In this document: one piece after another, positions 9,888 to 20,175 of the stretch
How positions within the stretch are numbered: the first letter of the stretch is position 1
Layout: every line of letters begins with the position of its first letter
NCBI GenBank assembly: GCA_963764165.1
Contig: CAVXRD010000004.1
Coordinates: 352,001-416,000 of the forward strand
Source of the DNA: an uncultured Verrucomicrobiae bacterium
GTDB taxonomy: Bacteria; Verrucomicrobiota; Verrucomicrobiia; Limisphaerales; Palsa-1400
Direction: 5' to 3'
DNA length: 64,000 nucleotides
Translations under genes and position numbers: made by a program
The notes under the pieces: generated by a model
Database searches by the model: none
The model's input: the letters and a program-made list of their open reading frames with translations, nothing else
What the model was told of the DNA's origin: nothing

Positions 9888-12800
9888 TCAAGGCTGGAGC
9901 AATATCGAACCGCCGTTTGTTTTGCCGAGGAAAAATCCTTCCCCGATGGAGGAGCCTTGGAGCAGGACTGCCGAACCGCTGCTGGTGGATTTGCCCACGC
10001 CGTTTCCAAAGACAACTTTCAAGAGCCCCGTCTTCGGATTCAACGAGCCTGTCAATGAACTCGTTGGAGCGCCGCTTGATTTGACCAGCGAATTCTTGTC
10101 AAACGAAACAGGGAAATTGAGGGCGGCCGGCAATGTTCCCCCGGAAACGGAAAGAATGTCGCCCGTGACGAAACCGGCGGCGGCCTGCGATGCCAGCCAG
10201 GCCGAGCCTGTCACAGCAACCGAATTTGTAAAACCGCGCGGATAAATCCCGGTGGGCGCGGCCTTTCGCATCCACGCAAGAGTTCCAGAGGGTGCGCCGT
10301 TCTCAATGGTGAGCCAGCCAGTCAATAATTCGGCTCCGCCGCGCAAACTCATGCAGACCGGCACATTGCCGCTTTCACTAAGCGGCGCCATCTGCGAAAA
10401 AGCGACGCCATCCGCCAGCGAGCCAGCGAGCGTGATTTTGCCCAGATGATTGGTCATCAGGATGCAGCCGTAACCGGGCAGAGCGCCCGGCGAAATGGCC
10501 GCGGTGAATTCGGCGGAAGCGCCAGGTGCTGCGGAAATCTCGTTGGTCAAACCAGCCGACCAAGCCCCATTGCTGGCCGAGACGCTTCCAGTGATGAGCG
10601 GGGGAGAAACCGAGCTGTTCAGCGCCATCGACAAAATGACCGGGCCGCCTGCCGCATCGGGGCGCTTAATGACTTTCGTAGCCGGGCCGGAAGTCAGGCC
10701 GCCGCTGAGTGCGTAGCTTGCGCCGTTGAGCAGAAGCTTCCCGCTGTAAATTCCGTTTTTTCCGACCACGAGATTCTGCAGCATTCCCGAAGTCAGCAAA
10801 CTGGGCGGCGTTGCGGCGAAGAGCCCATTATACGTGCCCGGGCCTACCAAAACATAAGTCTCCGCCAGCTTTGCTTCGACGCCAGCTTTAATGGCCACCG
10901 TCACACTTTGCGGCGTGGTCCATCCCGCGATCGAGCCAAACGCAACAGTGTGGCTCCCAGCCAGCAGGTTGCCCAGCACCGCACCGCTTTGCTGCCAGCT
11001 CCCGCCGTCAACCTGCCATCCCGCCCCGGCGTTTGTCAACGAACCTGGCGACAATGTTACCTTGAGCGATCCCACCTGTTCATAAGTTGCCGAGAGCGTC
11101 GAATTCGACCCCGCCGACACCGTGACGGTTTGAGAATCGGGCGCCCGCCAGCCGCTCGGCGACTCAAATGCCACCGTGTGGCTGCCTATGGAAATGTCCG
11201 CCGCAATTGCGCCGCTCTTCTTATATGAACCGCCGTCGACGTTCCACTTCGCGCCCGCCGCAACGGCCGCGACTGGCTCGATGGTCACCTCGATGGAACC
11301 GGCCGCCGTATCCGAATTCGTCTCGAATACCCCGATAAGAGCGGCCATAAGTGAAATCCCTTTCATCGATCCCCAGCCTGTGCAGAGATCGAAGCCCGCT
11401 TCCGCATCGAAACTGTTGGGGCTGTCCAGCCACGTATTGTTGCCGCTGGTAACGTCATGAAAATTCGCGGAATAATTTCCGTTGGTGGCCAGCGCGTAGA
11501 GGGCCGGGTTCAGGAAACCGACCGGTGACAATCCGTTAGTGGCGGCGAGCTGGTTCATCAACGCGGCGTAAGCCGCCCATAGAGGCGCGGCGCAGCTCGT
11601 CCCACCCCAGCCGCCTGAACGCTGGCCGTCGTCGGAATAAATGTAGCAGTTGTCGGCGTTGGCCGCGATGTCAGGAGAGTTGCGCATCGTCGCCGACCCT
11701 TTGTTGGCGCTCATGCTGATGCCCTCTTGCCACACGGGAATGCCGTAGTAAGTGCTGATGCCGCCGCTGCTGCTGGTCGCATTTTCCGCCGAAACTCGCG
11801 GGCCGCTGTCCCACGCCCAGACCTTCTCGCTGGCCCACGCATAATTGGGCGAGCCGCCGATCGTCAGGGTCGTGCCGCCGACCTGCATGATGCTTGGACT
11901 GTCGGAAGGAAAATAGACCGGGCCCACAAACGCGCCCGCGTCTCCACTGGCGTTAAAGAACGACTGGCCTTGCGCGGCCATCTGCTTGAACAAAAGCTCG
12001 GAAGCCGGATCAGCCGATGTATCCCCGCCCCACGAGCAACTGAATTGGAGGATTTCCGGGCGCGAAACCATCGCTTCAAAAACATCGTCAAAATCGCTGT
12101 TGCTCTCATATTCCCCGCCGTCTTCAAAAACGTAAATTTTCGACAATCCCGGAGCCATCGCCACAGCCATTTCGATGTCAATCGAACATTCTTCCCCGTT
12201 GTCACCGCCGTCCGCAGGAGTGGCCCCGCCCTCCAAAGACACCACAACCAATTCGGGCCGCGCGCTGCTGCTGATGCCGATGGCGTTTTCGTAAGCCACA
12301 ATGTCGCTCGGGTAATAACCCTCAAACTCGACCAACCCGAGGCTTTGGCCCGCGCCCGTCAGCTTCGTGCCGGGGACGTAGGCCTTCCGAAAATCATTGC
12401 CCCACAACTGCCCGCCGGGCGCGGTGCCTGCTTTCGCCACCACGCCGGCGGGCAAAGATTGGCGGTGGTGATGATGGGGATGCGGCAGGATGTAATTGTT
12501 CAATCCGGCAATGTGCGACACCGGTATCTCCGACGGGACGGACGGTTCGGAATCAGGCGCGAAAAATGTCCGCGGCTCGCTCGGATGCTGGTAGGTGCTG
12601 AGGTGAATTTGGAACGCGGTTTCGATATCCGAAGCGGTGCCCTCGACATCAAGCACCACGCGGTTCGTATATTGGCGCGTTACGGCAAGATGATTGGCCG
12701 AGGCAAAGTCCGCCAGCGCCCGGTAGTCCTTTTCCGCCGGGCCGAATCGCGCGGCAAACTGTTCTTGCGAAAGATAGTGGTGATAATTCGTGCTGGCGGG

Positions 12801-13055
12801 ATCGTACACTTCCTTGAGGAAGTTCTCCAATCCCTGCTCGTCCCTGGAAGCGAGCCCGACGGCAAGATGAATCCGTTGCGTCCCATGAAGGCGGCCCTTG
12901 GGCGGTATCTGCGAGACGATTTGTGGGACATGCCCCCGAATGACCACGCGCTCCCCGGCATTCGCGCCCAGCGCCGCAAGAAAGACTAATAAAACCAAAG
13001 CAGCAAGACCTTTGGGCCGGGCAAGAGTCATCAGGCGTTGCATTAAAAAATACAT
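9888..13055 (-). CDS. S53 sedolisin/kumamolisin serine protease with prodomain and C-terminal PEGA-like/beta domains
   Basis: Pro-kumamolisin motif (YHHYLSQEQFAARFGP); ECSID, ASGDAG, GGTSCAAP; repeated W.VDGG domains. Start uncertain (13055, 13043 or 13031). Confidence 0.9.
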   Translation of the reverse strand: MYFLMQRLMTLARPKGLAALVLLVFLAALGANAGERVVIRGHVPQIVSQIPPKGRLHGTQRIHLAVGLASRDEQGLENFLKEVYDPASTNYHHYLSQEQFAARFGPAEKDYRALADFASANHLAVTRQYTNRVVLDVEGTASDIETAFQIHLSTYQHPSEPRTFFAPDSEPSVPSEIPVSHIAGLNNYILPHPHHHHRQSLPAGVVAKAGTAPGGQLWGNDFRKAYVPGTKLTGAGQSLGLVEFEGYYPSDIVAYENAIGISSSARPELVVVSLEGGATPADGGDNGEECSIDIEMAVAMAPGLSKIYVFEDGGEYESNSDFDDVFEAMVSRPEILQFSCSWGGDTSADPASELLFKQMAAQGQSFFNASGDAGAFVGPVYFPSDSPSIMQVGGTTLTIGGSPNYAWASEKVWAWDSGPRVSAENATSSSGGISTYYGIPVWQEGISMSANKGSATMRNSPDIAANADNCYIYSDDGQRSGGWGGTSCAAPLWAAYAALMNQLAATNGLSPVGFLNPALYALATNGNYSANFHDVTSGNNTWLDSPNSFDAEAGFDLCTGWGSMKGISLMAALIGVFETNSDTAAGSIEVTIEPVAAVAAGAKWNVDGGSYKKSGAIAADISIGSHTVAFESPSGWRAPDSQTVTVSAGSNSTLSATYEQVGSLKVTLSPGSLTNAGAGWQVDGGSWQQSGAVLGNLLAGSHTVAFGSIAGWTTPQSVTVAIKAGVEAKLAETYVLVGPGTYNGLFAATPPSLLTSGMLQNLVVGKNGIYSGKLLLNGASYALSGGLTSGPATKVIKRPDAAGGPVILSMALNSSVSPPLITGSVSASNGAWSAGLTNEISAAPGASAEFTAAISPGALPGYGCILMTNHLGKITLAGSLADGVAFSQMAPLSESGNVPVCMSLRGGAELLTGWLTIENGAPSGTLAWMRKAAPTGIYPRGFTNSVAVTGSAWLASQAAAGFVTGDILSVSGGTLPAALNFPVSFDKNSLVKSSGAPTSSLTGSLNPKTGLLKVVFGNGVGKSTSSGSAVLLQGSSIGEGFFLGKTNGGSILLQP

Positions 13056-13357
13056 ATCAAAAGGATCGCTATGCCCGTCTAACCGCCCAATGGAGGAGCA
13101 ACTTAGCGCAATTCCGCGCATTTTCAATTCCGTTTGATCGATTTTGTCCTCCCCACATTCAACCCCCTCGTTGGAAAAAAGTCGCGGGCTTCATGGAGCG
13201 CTAGTTTGTCTTTGTGTTCCTCAGCGCCCCCATCTTCTCAGCGCGAGATTTCTTTTCCCTCTCGAATTCGGTTTCATTGTGGCAAGAGACGCCATCGCGT
13301 CTTAACGATGGTTTTGCCCGGCGCAGACCGCGCGTTCGACTCCGACTTCATGGCCGA

Positions 13358-13549
13358 TTAGAAAGGCCAGCTCGGCAGGGGATAACTAGGCACCTTGACT
13401 GCATCGGGCGTTACGGCGAAAAGGATTGCCGCGGCAAGCAAAAGAAAGAACGCCAGCACCATCCAAACAATGACGCATCGTTCCCAGCTCGAGGTGTGAA
13501 TATCGTTGCCGTGATACACGCTGCTTCTATGAAAGAAGCTCAATCTCAT
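13358..13549 (-). CDS. Possible small single-pass membrane protein (63 aa)
   Basis: ATG-start ORF with a clear hydrophobic helix (VIVWMVLAFFLLLAAAILFAV) in an otherwise empty 750-bp gap. Confidence 0.35.
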   Translation of the reverse strand: MRLSFFHRSSVYHGNDIHTSSWERCVIVWMVLAFFLLLAAAILFAVTPDAVKVPSYPLPSWPF

Positions 13550-13716
13550 GATAACCTCCGCTATGAAGATAGTCCTCAGCCCGCATTAAATCAAACGGCC
13601 TTCGAGGGTTGGCCGCGCAGGGACCTCGCGATGAACTCGATTCAGCGGATTGCCCGCCAAGTAATACCCACACAGGATTGTGATTGTCATCCAAAGTGGG
13701 TGATGGACAGCCGACA

Positions 13717-13785
13717 AGCGCGGCTGTGTCCGCAGACCAACAACTTGTTTCAAAGCGGCTGCGGTGGGCTTCGACACAGCCGCTC
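13717..13785. repeat. Palindrome, family B
   Basis: AGCGCGGCTGTGTCCGCAGACC...GCTGCGGTGGGCTTCGACACAGCCGCTC, homologous to 54393-54503. Confidence 0.6.
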
Positions 13786-13886
13786 AAAGCGAATCCTCGG
13801 TTATCTCACTGCGCGCCTCACCCACGTTGGCTCCCGTCCCTCGCGCATGATGCATGGTAAACGGCCCCATTGCGATAGCATAACTA

Positions 13887-14594
13887 TCACCAAGGCCGGT
13901 TTAGGTCGGGACGCCGCCTTCGGTTTTGCCGAACGCGCGCCGCCGGAGTCAGGTCTGCCAGGTTTGCAGGAGCCGTGGGCGGCTGTTTTTCCGCGGAATC
14001 TATCGCCGCCATTTGTTCGTCAATGACGCCCAGCAACTCCTTTCGGCCGTGTCCCGTCTCCGCTGAACAGGTGAAGACCGCCGGCAACTTTTCAAACCAG
14101 GCCGAGACGCAATTTGAAAAAGCTCTAATGTTTTTCTCCACGGTCGCAGTAGCCACCTTGTCCGTCTTGGTAAAGACCAGGACGAATGGGACGGCGTGGC
14201 GCGCAAGCCATTCGACGAACTCCAGATCAATTTGCTGCGGCGCCAAGCCGGACTCAACCAACGCGAATACGAGGCAAAGGTTCGCGCGATTTTCCAGGTA
14301 ATCGGCTACGGCTTGATTGAATCGGGCCGAGTCCTGTTTAGCGCCTTGGGAGAATCCGTATCCGGGCAGATCCACCAGCCGCCACGACTTGTTTATGGTG
14401 AAGATATTAATGAGCTTGGTGAATCCTGGAGTGGGCGAAACGCGGGCCAACCCCTTCTCGCCCGCCAGCATATTTAACAGCGAGGACTTGCCGACGTTCG
14501 AGCGGCCGATGAAGGCAAACTCAGGCCGTGACTCATCGGGACACGAAGCCAAATCCGGCGAGCTGCAATCAAAAATGGCGGAAATAATATTCAC
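13887..14594 (-). CDS. engB: Ribosome biogenesis GTP-binding protein YihA/YsxC
   Basis: GRSNVGKSS, DLPGYG, TKTDK. Confidence 0.93.
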   Translation of the reverse strand: MNIISAIFDCSSPDLASCPDESRPEFAFIGRSNVGKSSLLNMLAGEKGLARVSPTPGFTKLINIFTINKSWRLVDLPGYGFSQGAKQDSARFNQAVADYLENRANLCLVFALVESGLAPQQIDLEFVEWLARHAVPFVLVFTKTDKVATATVEKNIRAFSNCVSAWFEKLPAVFTCSAETGHGRKELLGVIDEQMAAIDSAEKQPPTAPANLADLTPAARVRQNRRRRPDLNRPW

Positions 14595-14664
14595 GATGGA
14601 AAACCCAGCTCATTGTCGCATAAGTTCGCCGCATTGATACCCTTATTGTCAGAAAAGGAGATGT

Positions 14665-15714
14665 TCAGCGCACAACTCCATGCGTCCGGCGTCCGCTCTT
14701 TTTGCGATCTTGCCAGCCTGCTCGCTTTTGCGCTTCGCGCAGGTTGCGGATTTCGACTTGGAGTTTGAGGAAATTGTCATACCGCTCGCGTGGGAGCCTG
14801 CCGTCGGCGAGCGCATCGAGAACCGCGCACGGATCTTCCTTAGTATGGGTGCAGTCGCGGAAATGGCAGCGCAACGAGAGCGCGTCCACTTCGGGACAGG
14901 CTTGCGCTGGCCCTTCGCCGGTAATCCAGAGGTGGAATTCCCGCATGCCGGGCGTGTCAATAACAACGCCGCCCTGCGGCAGGAAAATCATCTGGCGGCA
15001 CGACGTGGCATGCCGGCCTTTGTCGTCATCGGCGCGAACTTCAATCGTGGCCTGGATGTCTTCTCCATAGAAGCGGTTGATGAGGCTCGACTTGCCCACA
15101 CCCGAAGTGCCGATGAACACGGCGGTGTCGCCGGGCTTGATCAGCTTTGCCACCTTCGCTAATCCCCTTCCGGTAAGCGCACAGGCTGCAAGCACTAAAT
15201 CGTTGCCAGCCACGCGAGTTGCCTCCGCGAGGCGCGAGTCGAGGTCGTCGCACAAATCGATTTTATTGAGCAGCACGACCGCGCGCGCGCCGCTTTCGTG
15301 TACCATGGCCAGCATCTGCTCCAAACGCGCGGAGTCGAACCTTGCGTTCGCGGCAACGACCATGAAGACCGTGTCGATATTCGTGGCGAGAACATGCTCC
15401 GTGATGCCGCGTCCGGCCATCTTGCGGCAGAGTCGCGTGCGGCGCGGAAGAATGGCTTGAATTATAGCCTTATCCTCGTTGGCAACAAGTTTTACAGCGA
15501 CCCAATCCCCGACTTTGGGAAGCTTTTCATTTGCGCCTCGCGCTTCATGAATGCACTTGCCGGTCACTTGCGCCAGAAGCTCGGCATCCGCAGTCCAGAC
15601 ACGGTAGTAGTGCCTATCCTCCGAAGCGACGCGCGCTGGAATCAGCTCTTTGGCATAATGAGGCGCGAACAGCTGCTCCAGGCCAGAGTTCCAGCCCAAA
15701 TTCGTCAGGTCCAT
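14665..15714 (-). CDS. rsgA: Ribosome small subunit-dependent GTPase A
   Basis: OB fold (VGDWV); circularly permuted NKID, GTSGVGKSS, DTPGMRE; Zn finger CHFRDCTH..C. Confidence 0.92.
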   Translation of the reverse strand: MDLTNLGWNSGLEQLFAPHYAKELIPARVASEDRHYYRVWTADAELLAQVTGKCIHEARGANEKLPKVGDWVAVKLVANEDKAIIQAILPRRTRLCRKMAGRGITEHVLATNIDTVFMVVAANARFDSARLEQMLAMVHESGARAVVLLNKIDLCDDLDSRLAEATRVAGNDLVLAACALTGRGLAKVAKLIKPGDTAVFIGTSGVGKSSLINRFYGEDIQATIEVRADDDKGRHATSCRQMIFLPQGGVVIDTPGMREFHLWITGEGPAQACPEVDALSLRCHFRDCTHTKEDPCAVLDALADGRLPRERYDNFLKLQVEIRNLREAQKRAGWQDRKKSGRRTHGVVR

Positions 15715-15814
15715 CGCAGTATGCCGGTTGAATCATTCACAGCCATCAACCTACACCATGGAAACGCTCTCAAGAAGTTTAAAATTGCGGATTCCGGTCC
15801 TGAATAAAACATGA

Positions 15815-15913
15815 ATCTGAACAGGAGCAAGACCGAGGGCACAGAGACGGAAAATCATCGTCACGCAATAAGGCATTTTTCTGCGCGTTCTTGGTCTTCC
15901 TCCTGTTCCATTT
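15815..15913. repeat. Imperfect inverted repeat, family C (TGAACAGGAG..AAGACCGAGGG..GAGACGGAAAATC)
   Basis: GAACAGGAGCAAGACC pairs imperfectly with GGTCTTCCTCCTGTTC. A second copy of the left arm is at about 45258. Confidence 0.55.
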
Positions 15914-15949
15914 CAAAGGTCTTTCTGGCATCAGAGTTGCAATCGCACG

Positions 15950-18841
15950 ATGAATCTCGCATACAAGCCATCGCCTTTCATGCGCGCATTTATTTCAGGT
16001 CAGCGGTGGATCAGCGAATCGGAGCCCGAACTCGGTTTGGGCACCGTCGTGGAGGCTGGCGAAGACCGTGTGCAAGTCGAGTTCAAAGCGGCTGGGGAAA
16101 CGCGCACTTACGCAGTGGAACAAGCGCCATTGAAGCGAGTCCGTTTTCGCGTCGGCGACACCATCAAATCACAAGCTGGCCAGGAATTCATTGTCAAGGA
16201 AGTCATCGAGCAGCAGGGTTTATTGACTTACGCCAACGGCGGTTCCCAATTGCCCGAATCGCAAGTGAGTGACCGCCTCAGTTTGCAGGGGCCGCAGGAC
16301 CGTTTGCTGGCGGGGCGCTTTGACGCTTCGTCCGCGTTTGCGCTGCGCCGCCGCACACTGGAACTGCTGCACCGTTCACGCAAATCTCCTGTGCGCGGTT
16401 TTGTGGGTGGCCGCATCGATCTGATTCCGCACCAGCTTTACATTGCGCAAGAGGTCACCCGCCGCCATGCCCCGCGCGTGATGCTTTCGGACGAAGTGGG
16501 GCTGGGGAAAACGATTGAGGCGTGCCTGATTTTGCATCGTCTGCTGCTGAGCGGGCGGTCTCATCGAGTCCTCGTCCTCGTGCCCGAATCGCTCGTCCAT
16601 CAGTGGTTTGTGGAGATGCTTCGCCGCTTCAACATCTGGCTGAATATTTTTGATGCGGAGCGCTGCGCATCCATCGAAGCCGGCGAACCGGGGGCCAATC
16701 CATTTCTCGACGATCAACTCGTGATCACGAGCGTTGGTTTTCTATCGGGCGATCCGCGCCGGGCGGAACTTGCCGTCGCGTCGGGCTGGGACGTTCTGGT
16801 GGTGGATGAAGCGCATCATCTTGAATGGAGCGAAGCGAATCCCAGCCGAGAATACCAGGTCGTTGAGCAACTCAGCCGCCATGCCGCGGGACTCTTGTTA
16901 TTGACGGCCACGCCTGAGCAGTTGGGAGTGGAAAGCCACTTTGCCCGTCTGCGACTTCTGGACCCGGATCGGTACCGCGACTTGGCAGCTTTTCAGGCCG
17001 AGTCGGAAGGTTACAAAACCACCGCCGAAATCGCCGAGAAGCTGCGGGGAAATGCCGCGACCACTCAAAAAGACATCGACGACTTGCGCCGCATGCTGAA
17101 GCACGATTCCCAGTTGGAGAAGAGACTCGCCGAATTGGAAAAGGGCAACGCGGAAGCCAGGCTCGCCTTAATGGAACAGCTCTTGGATTTGCACGGCCCG
17201 GGCCGGGTGTTGTTCCGCAACAGGCGCGCCGGGATGAAAGGTTTTCCCAAGCGCATGGCGCATTTGGCCAAATTGAGCCCCACGCAGGACGCGGAGCATT
17301 GGCTTGATCGCGTCTCCACCGAGTTTGCCGAGGACGCCGGGGACTTGCGCCTGCAATCCTTTCCCGACTTGGCGCGCGACCCGCGGGTTCTGTGGCTGGT
17401 GGAACTTCTGCGAAAACTGGACAGTCAAAAGATATTGCTCATCAGCCGCACGATTGAAAAAGTCGAAGCTCTCGATGCGGCCTTGCGCCGGCATCTGGCC
17501 GTCAAAACTGGCATCTTCCATGAAGGTCTCACCCTGGTGCAGCGGGATCGCAATGCGGCGTGGTTTGCCGAGCCTGACGGAGCGCGGGTCTTGCTCTGTT
17601 CGGAAATTGGAAGCGAAGGGCGCAATTTTCAATTCGCCCAGCACTTGATTCTATTTGACCTTCCGCTGAATCCAGAATTGCTGGAACAGCGCATCGGCCG
17701 TTTGGACCGAATCGGCCAGACTGCGGACATTCAAATCCACATTCCCTATCTCGCGCAAAGCCCGCAGGAAGTTTTGGCGCGCTGGTACCACGAAGGGTTG
17801 AACGCGTTTGAAAGCAATGTCGAAGGCGGCAATGAATTGCTGCGGCAGTTCGGGCGGGCCGTCCACGATTTGGCGCTGGAATTTCCAGTCGCCGACCACG
17901 AGGCCGCCCGCCATGAATTGGCGGACCTGTTGATGAAAACCAAAGTGGCTCGACAGGAAATGAAGCGTCGCCTTGAACTGGGGCGGGATCGTTTATTGGA
18001 AATGAACTCCTTCCGCCCGGCAACGGCGCAACGCATCATCGGCGAGATTCAACAACAAGACCGGCAGCCGGATTTGGAGAATTACATGCTCGGCATATTT
18101 GACCATTTCGGCGTGCAAGTCGAAGAACTCGCGCCCAGGACTTGGGGCCTGAATCCCGATGGCGTCGTCACTGAGTCCTTTCCCTCCATGCCCGCCGAAG
18201 GGATGATCGCCACCTGCGACCGTCATCGGGCCTTAAGCCGGGAAGACGTCGGATTCCTGACGTGGGACCATCCGATGGTCACCGGAGCGATGGATTTGGT
18301 GTTAGGCGCTGAAACAGGAAATTGCGCCTTCGCCGTGCTGCCCAGCGAGAAAGACCGGAGGATTTTGTTGGAATTGATCTTTGTCTTGGAAGCCATCGCG
18401 GCGCCGCATCTGCACGCCGATCGTTTTCTTCCACCGACGCCCATCAGGCTCGTTGTCAATCACAAGTCTTTGGACGTCACCCAGGATTTCAGCGGCGCAA
18501 ATTGGGACAGGAAACTGGAGAAGGGCGCGCCCTACAAACTTATTGATAATGCCGAAGTTGCCCGGCGAACTATCCCAGCCATGATCGAAGCTGCCGAGCA
18601 TTTTGCCGAATCCCAGGCGGCGCTTCTCCGCCAATCCGCCTTGCGCGTCATGAACGAATTGCTAGGCCACGAAGTGGAACGTCTGCAAGCATTGCGCCGA
18701 GTGAATGACCACATTCGTCCACAGGAAATCGAACTGGCGCAGGCCGAGCAGCAGGAGTTAACGGCGGCCCTGAAACAGTCCCGCGTACGGTTGGACGCCG
18801 TGCGCCTCATCTGGAATGGCCCAGCCGAGGCGCTGGAGTAA
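15950..18841 (+). CDS. rapA: RNA polymerase-associated Swi2/Snf2 ATPase RapA
   Basis: GQRWISESEPELGLG N-terminus; DEVGLGKTIEA, DEAHH, LTATPEQLG, SEIGSEGRNFQF, LEQRIGRLDRIGQ. Confidence 0.96.
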   Translation: MNLAYKPSPFMRAFISGQRWISESEPELGLGTVVEAGEDRVQVEFKAAGETRTYAVEQAPLKRVRFRVGDTIKSQAGQEFIVKEVIEQQGLLTYANGGSQLPESQVSDRLSLQGPQDRLLAGRFDASSAFALRRRTLELLHRSRKSPVRGFVGGRIDLIPHQLYIAQEVTRRHAPRVMLSDEVGLGKTIEACLILHRLLLSGRSHRVLVLVPESLVHQWFVEMLRRFNIWLNIFDAERCASIEAGEPGANPFLDDQLVITSVGFLSGDPRRAELAVASGWDVLVVDEAHHLEWSEANPSREYQVVEQLSRHAAGLLLLTATPEQLGVESHFARLRLLDPDRYRDLAAFQAESEGYKTTAEIAEKLRGNAATTQKDIDDLRRMLKHDSQLEKRLAELEKGNAEARLALMEQLLDLHGPGRVLFRNRRAGMKGFPKRMAHLAKLSPTQDAEHWLDRVSTEFAEDAGDLRLQSFPDLARDPRVLWLVELLRKLDSQKILLISRTIEKVEALDAALRRHLAVKTGIFHEGLTLVQRDRNAAWFAEPDGARVLLCSEIGSEGRNFQFAQHLILFDLPLNPELLEQRIGRLDRIGQTADIQIHIPYLAQSPQEVLARWYHEGLNAFESNVEGGNELLRQFGRAVHDLALEFPVADHEAARHELADLLMKTKVARQEMKRRLELGRDRLLEMNSFRPATAQRIIGEIQQQDRQPDLENYMLGIFDHFGVQVEELAPRTWGLNPDGVVTESFPSMPAEGMIATCDRHRALSREDVGFLTWDHPMVTGAMDLVLGAETGNCAFAVLPSEKDRRILLELIFVLEAIAAPHLHADRFLPPTPIRLVVNHKSLDVTQDFSGANWDRKLEKGAPYKLIDNAEVARRTIPAMIEAAEHFAESQAALLRQSALRVMNELLGHEVERLQALRRVNDHIRPQEIELAQAEQQELTAALKQSRVRLDAVRLIWNGPAEALE

Positions 18842-18998
18842 TTTTGCGGATATGAGCCTGACCCGGACGTGGGACAGATTCTTGGTCTCGCGTTGCCGCT
18901 AAGGCGCATCGGCGCCGGCCGGATTGCCCCGTCGCCTCAAGTTTCTGACCAATGCCAATTCATCCTAATCGGCGTCGGATTCCAAGTCTGCGATCCGT

Positions 18999-19601
18999 TT
19001 ACTCCTCCGATTCCGACTCTTTTTCTGGAGGGTCGGGCGGGAGAGTTTCGTGCGCGCGCGGGTTTTTTGCCCGTTTGTTGCGCGGAAGCGGGCTGATGAG
19101 GACGTTGATGTCGCGGTCCCCTATCATCTTGGGCGGCGCTTCAGCATGGCCGTAGGCGGCAACTTCGCCGACCAAGCGGTTCATGACTTGAAAGCCGATT
19201 TCCTTGTGCGCTTTTTGACGACCGCGAAAGCGAAGCTTCACGCGAACCTTCATGTCGTCGCACAGGAATTTGATCGCATGGTCTCGCTTAACGGCGAGAT
19301 CATGCGGATCAATATTCGGTGAAATTTGCAGCTCCTTCATCCTGTTTCCGGGATGGTGAGCTGTCTTGGTGCGCTTGGATTCGTCGTAGAGGAACTTGCC
19401 GAAATTGACGATCTGGCAAACCGGAGGGGTTGCCGTGGGGGCAATTTCGATCAGATCCATGTCCTTGGCGCGAGCCGCTTCAAGGGCCGCGGCCAAGGAC
19501 ATGACTCCAAGCTGCTGTTTCTTATCGTCGATGACGCGGACTTCGCGGGCGCGAATTTTCCCGTTGCGACGATACAAATCGCGTGGAGCGAAAGGAGGCA
19601 T
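18999..19601 (-). CDS. infC: Translation initiation factor IF-3
   Basis: IRAREVRVI, DLIEIAPTATPPVCQIVNFGKF, KLRFRGRQ. Confidence 0.93.
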   Translation of the reverse strand: MPPFAPRDLYRRNGKIRAREVRVIDDKKQQLGVMSLAAALEAARAKDMDLIEIAPTATPPVCQIVNFGKFLYDESKRTKTAHHPGNRMKELQISPNIDPHDLAVKRDHAIKFLCDDMKVRVKLRFRGRQKAHKEIGFQVMNRLVGEVAAYGHAEAPPKMIGDRDINVLISPLPRNKRAKNPRAHETLPPDPPEKESESEE

Positions 19602-19954
19602 TAATAGCGGCTGCGTCCACCGCCTTCACGGCCACCACCACCGCCACCGCCGCCATAGGAGCGGCGTTCGCCACCACCACCGCCGCCGCCAGTGCGGGGA
19701 CGATCTTCGCGGGGACGAGCGAGGTTAACGGTCAAGGGACGGCCATCAACGGCCTTGCCATTCATGGCTTCGATAGCCTTATTGGCTTCTTCCGGGGTGC
19801 TCATGGTCACGAAGCCGAAGCCGCGGGGGCGTCCGGTTGCGCGATCCATCATCAGGTTGGCTTCAGTGACAGTGCCGTGGGCGGCAAAAGCGTCATGAAG
19901 GTCATTCTCGGTCGTGTTGAAGGAAAGATTTCCAACAAACAATTTGTTACTCAT
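19601..19954 (-). CDS. RRM RNA-binding protein with Gly-rich tail
   Basis: RNP2 LFVGNL; RNP1 RGFGFVTM; Gly-rich tail. Confidence 0.95.
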   Translation of the reverse strand: MSNKLFVGNLSFNTTENDLHDAFAAHGTVTEANLMMDRATGRPRGFGFVTMSTPEEANKAIEAMNGKAVDGRPLTVNLARPREDRPRTGGGGGGGERRSYGGGGGGGGREGGGRSRY

Positions 19955-20087
19955 TTTATTATCAACTGTCCTGGCTCACTGCTTTCCCAGACTGTTCCCG
20001 AACTGCCGGGTTTAAAATCATCACTGAACCAGGTTCACCTGAGGATTTACCATATCTCGAAAGTGACAAGCTATCGAACAGGCTGCG

Positions 20088-20115
20088 AGATTACTCCCGC
20101 GCCGGGCAATGTCAA
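20088..20115 (-). promoter_or_regulatory. Sigma70-type promoter upstream of RRM-infC
   Basis: TTGACA, 16 bp spacer, TAATCT on the minus strand, with an AT-rich upstream tract. Implies a leader of about 125 nt. Confidence 0.6.
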
Positions 20116-20175
20116 AAGAAAAATCGACAAAATATTTTTCGGCTTTTTATGCCCTTCGGACCGACTGATGCCAGG

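Noticed and set aside
13214..14026. 270-aa plus-strand ORF
   Set aside because: No recognisable motif; crosses a palindrome and overlaps engB antisense.
15950..18841. Defence-associated SNF2 helicase (DISARM DrmD-like)
   Set aside because: The N-terminus and motifs are typical of housekeeping RapA, and there are no methylase or drm neighbours.
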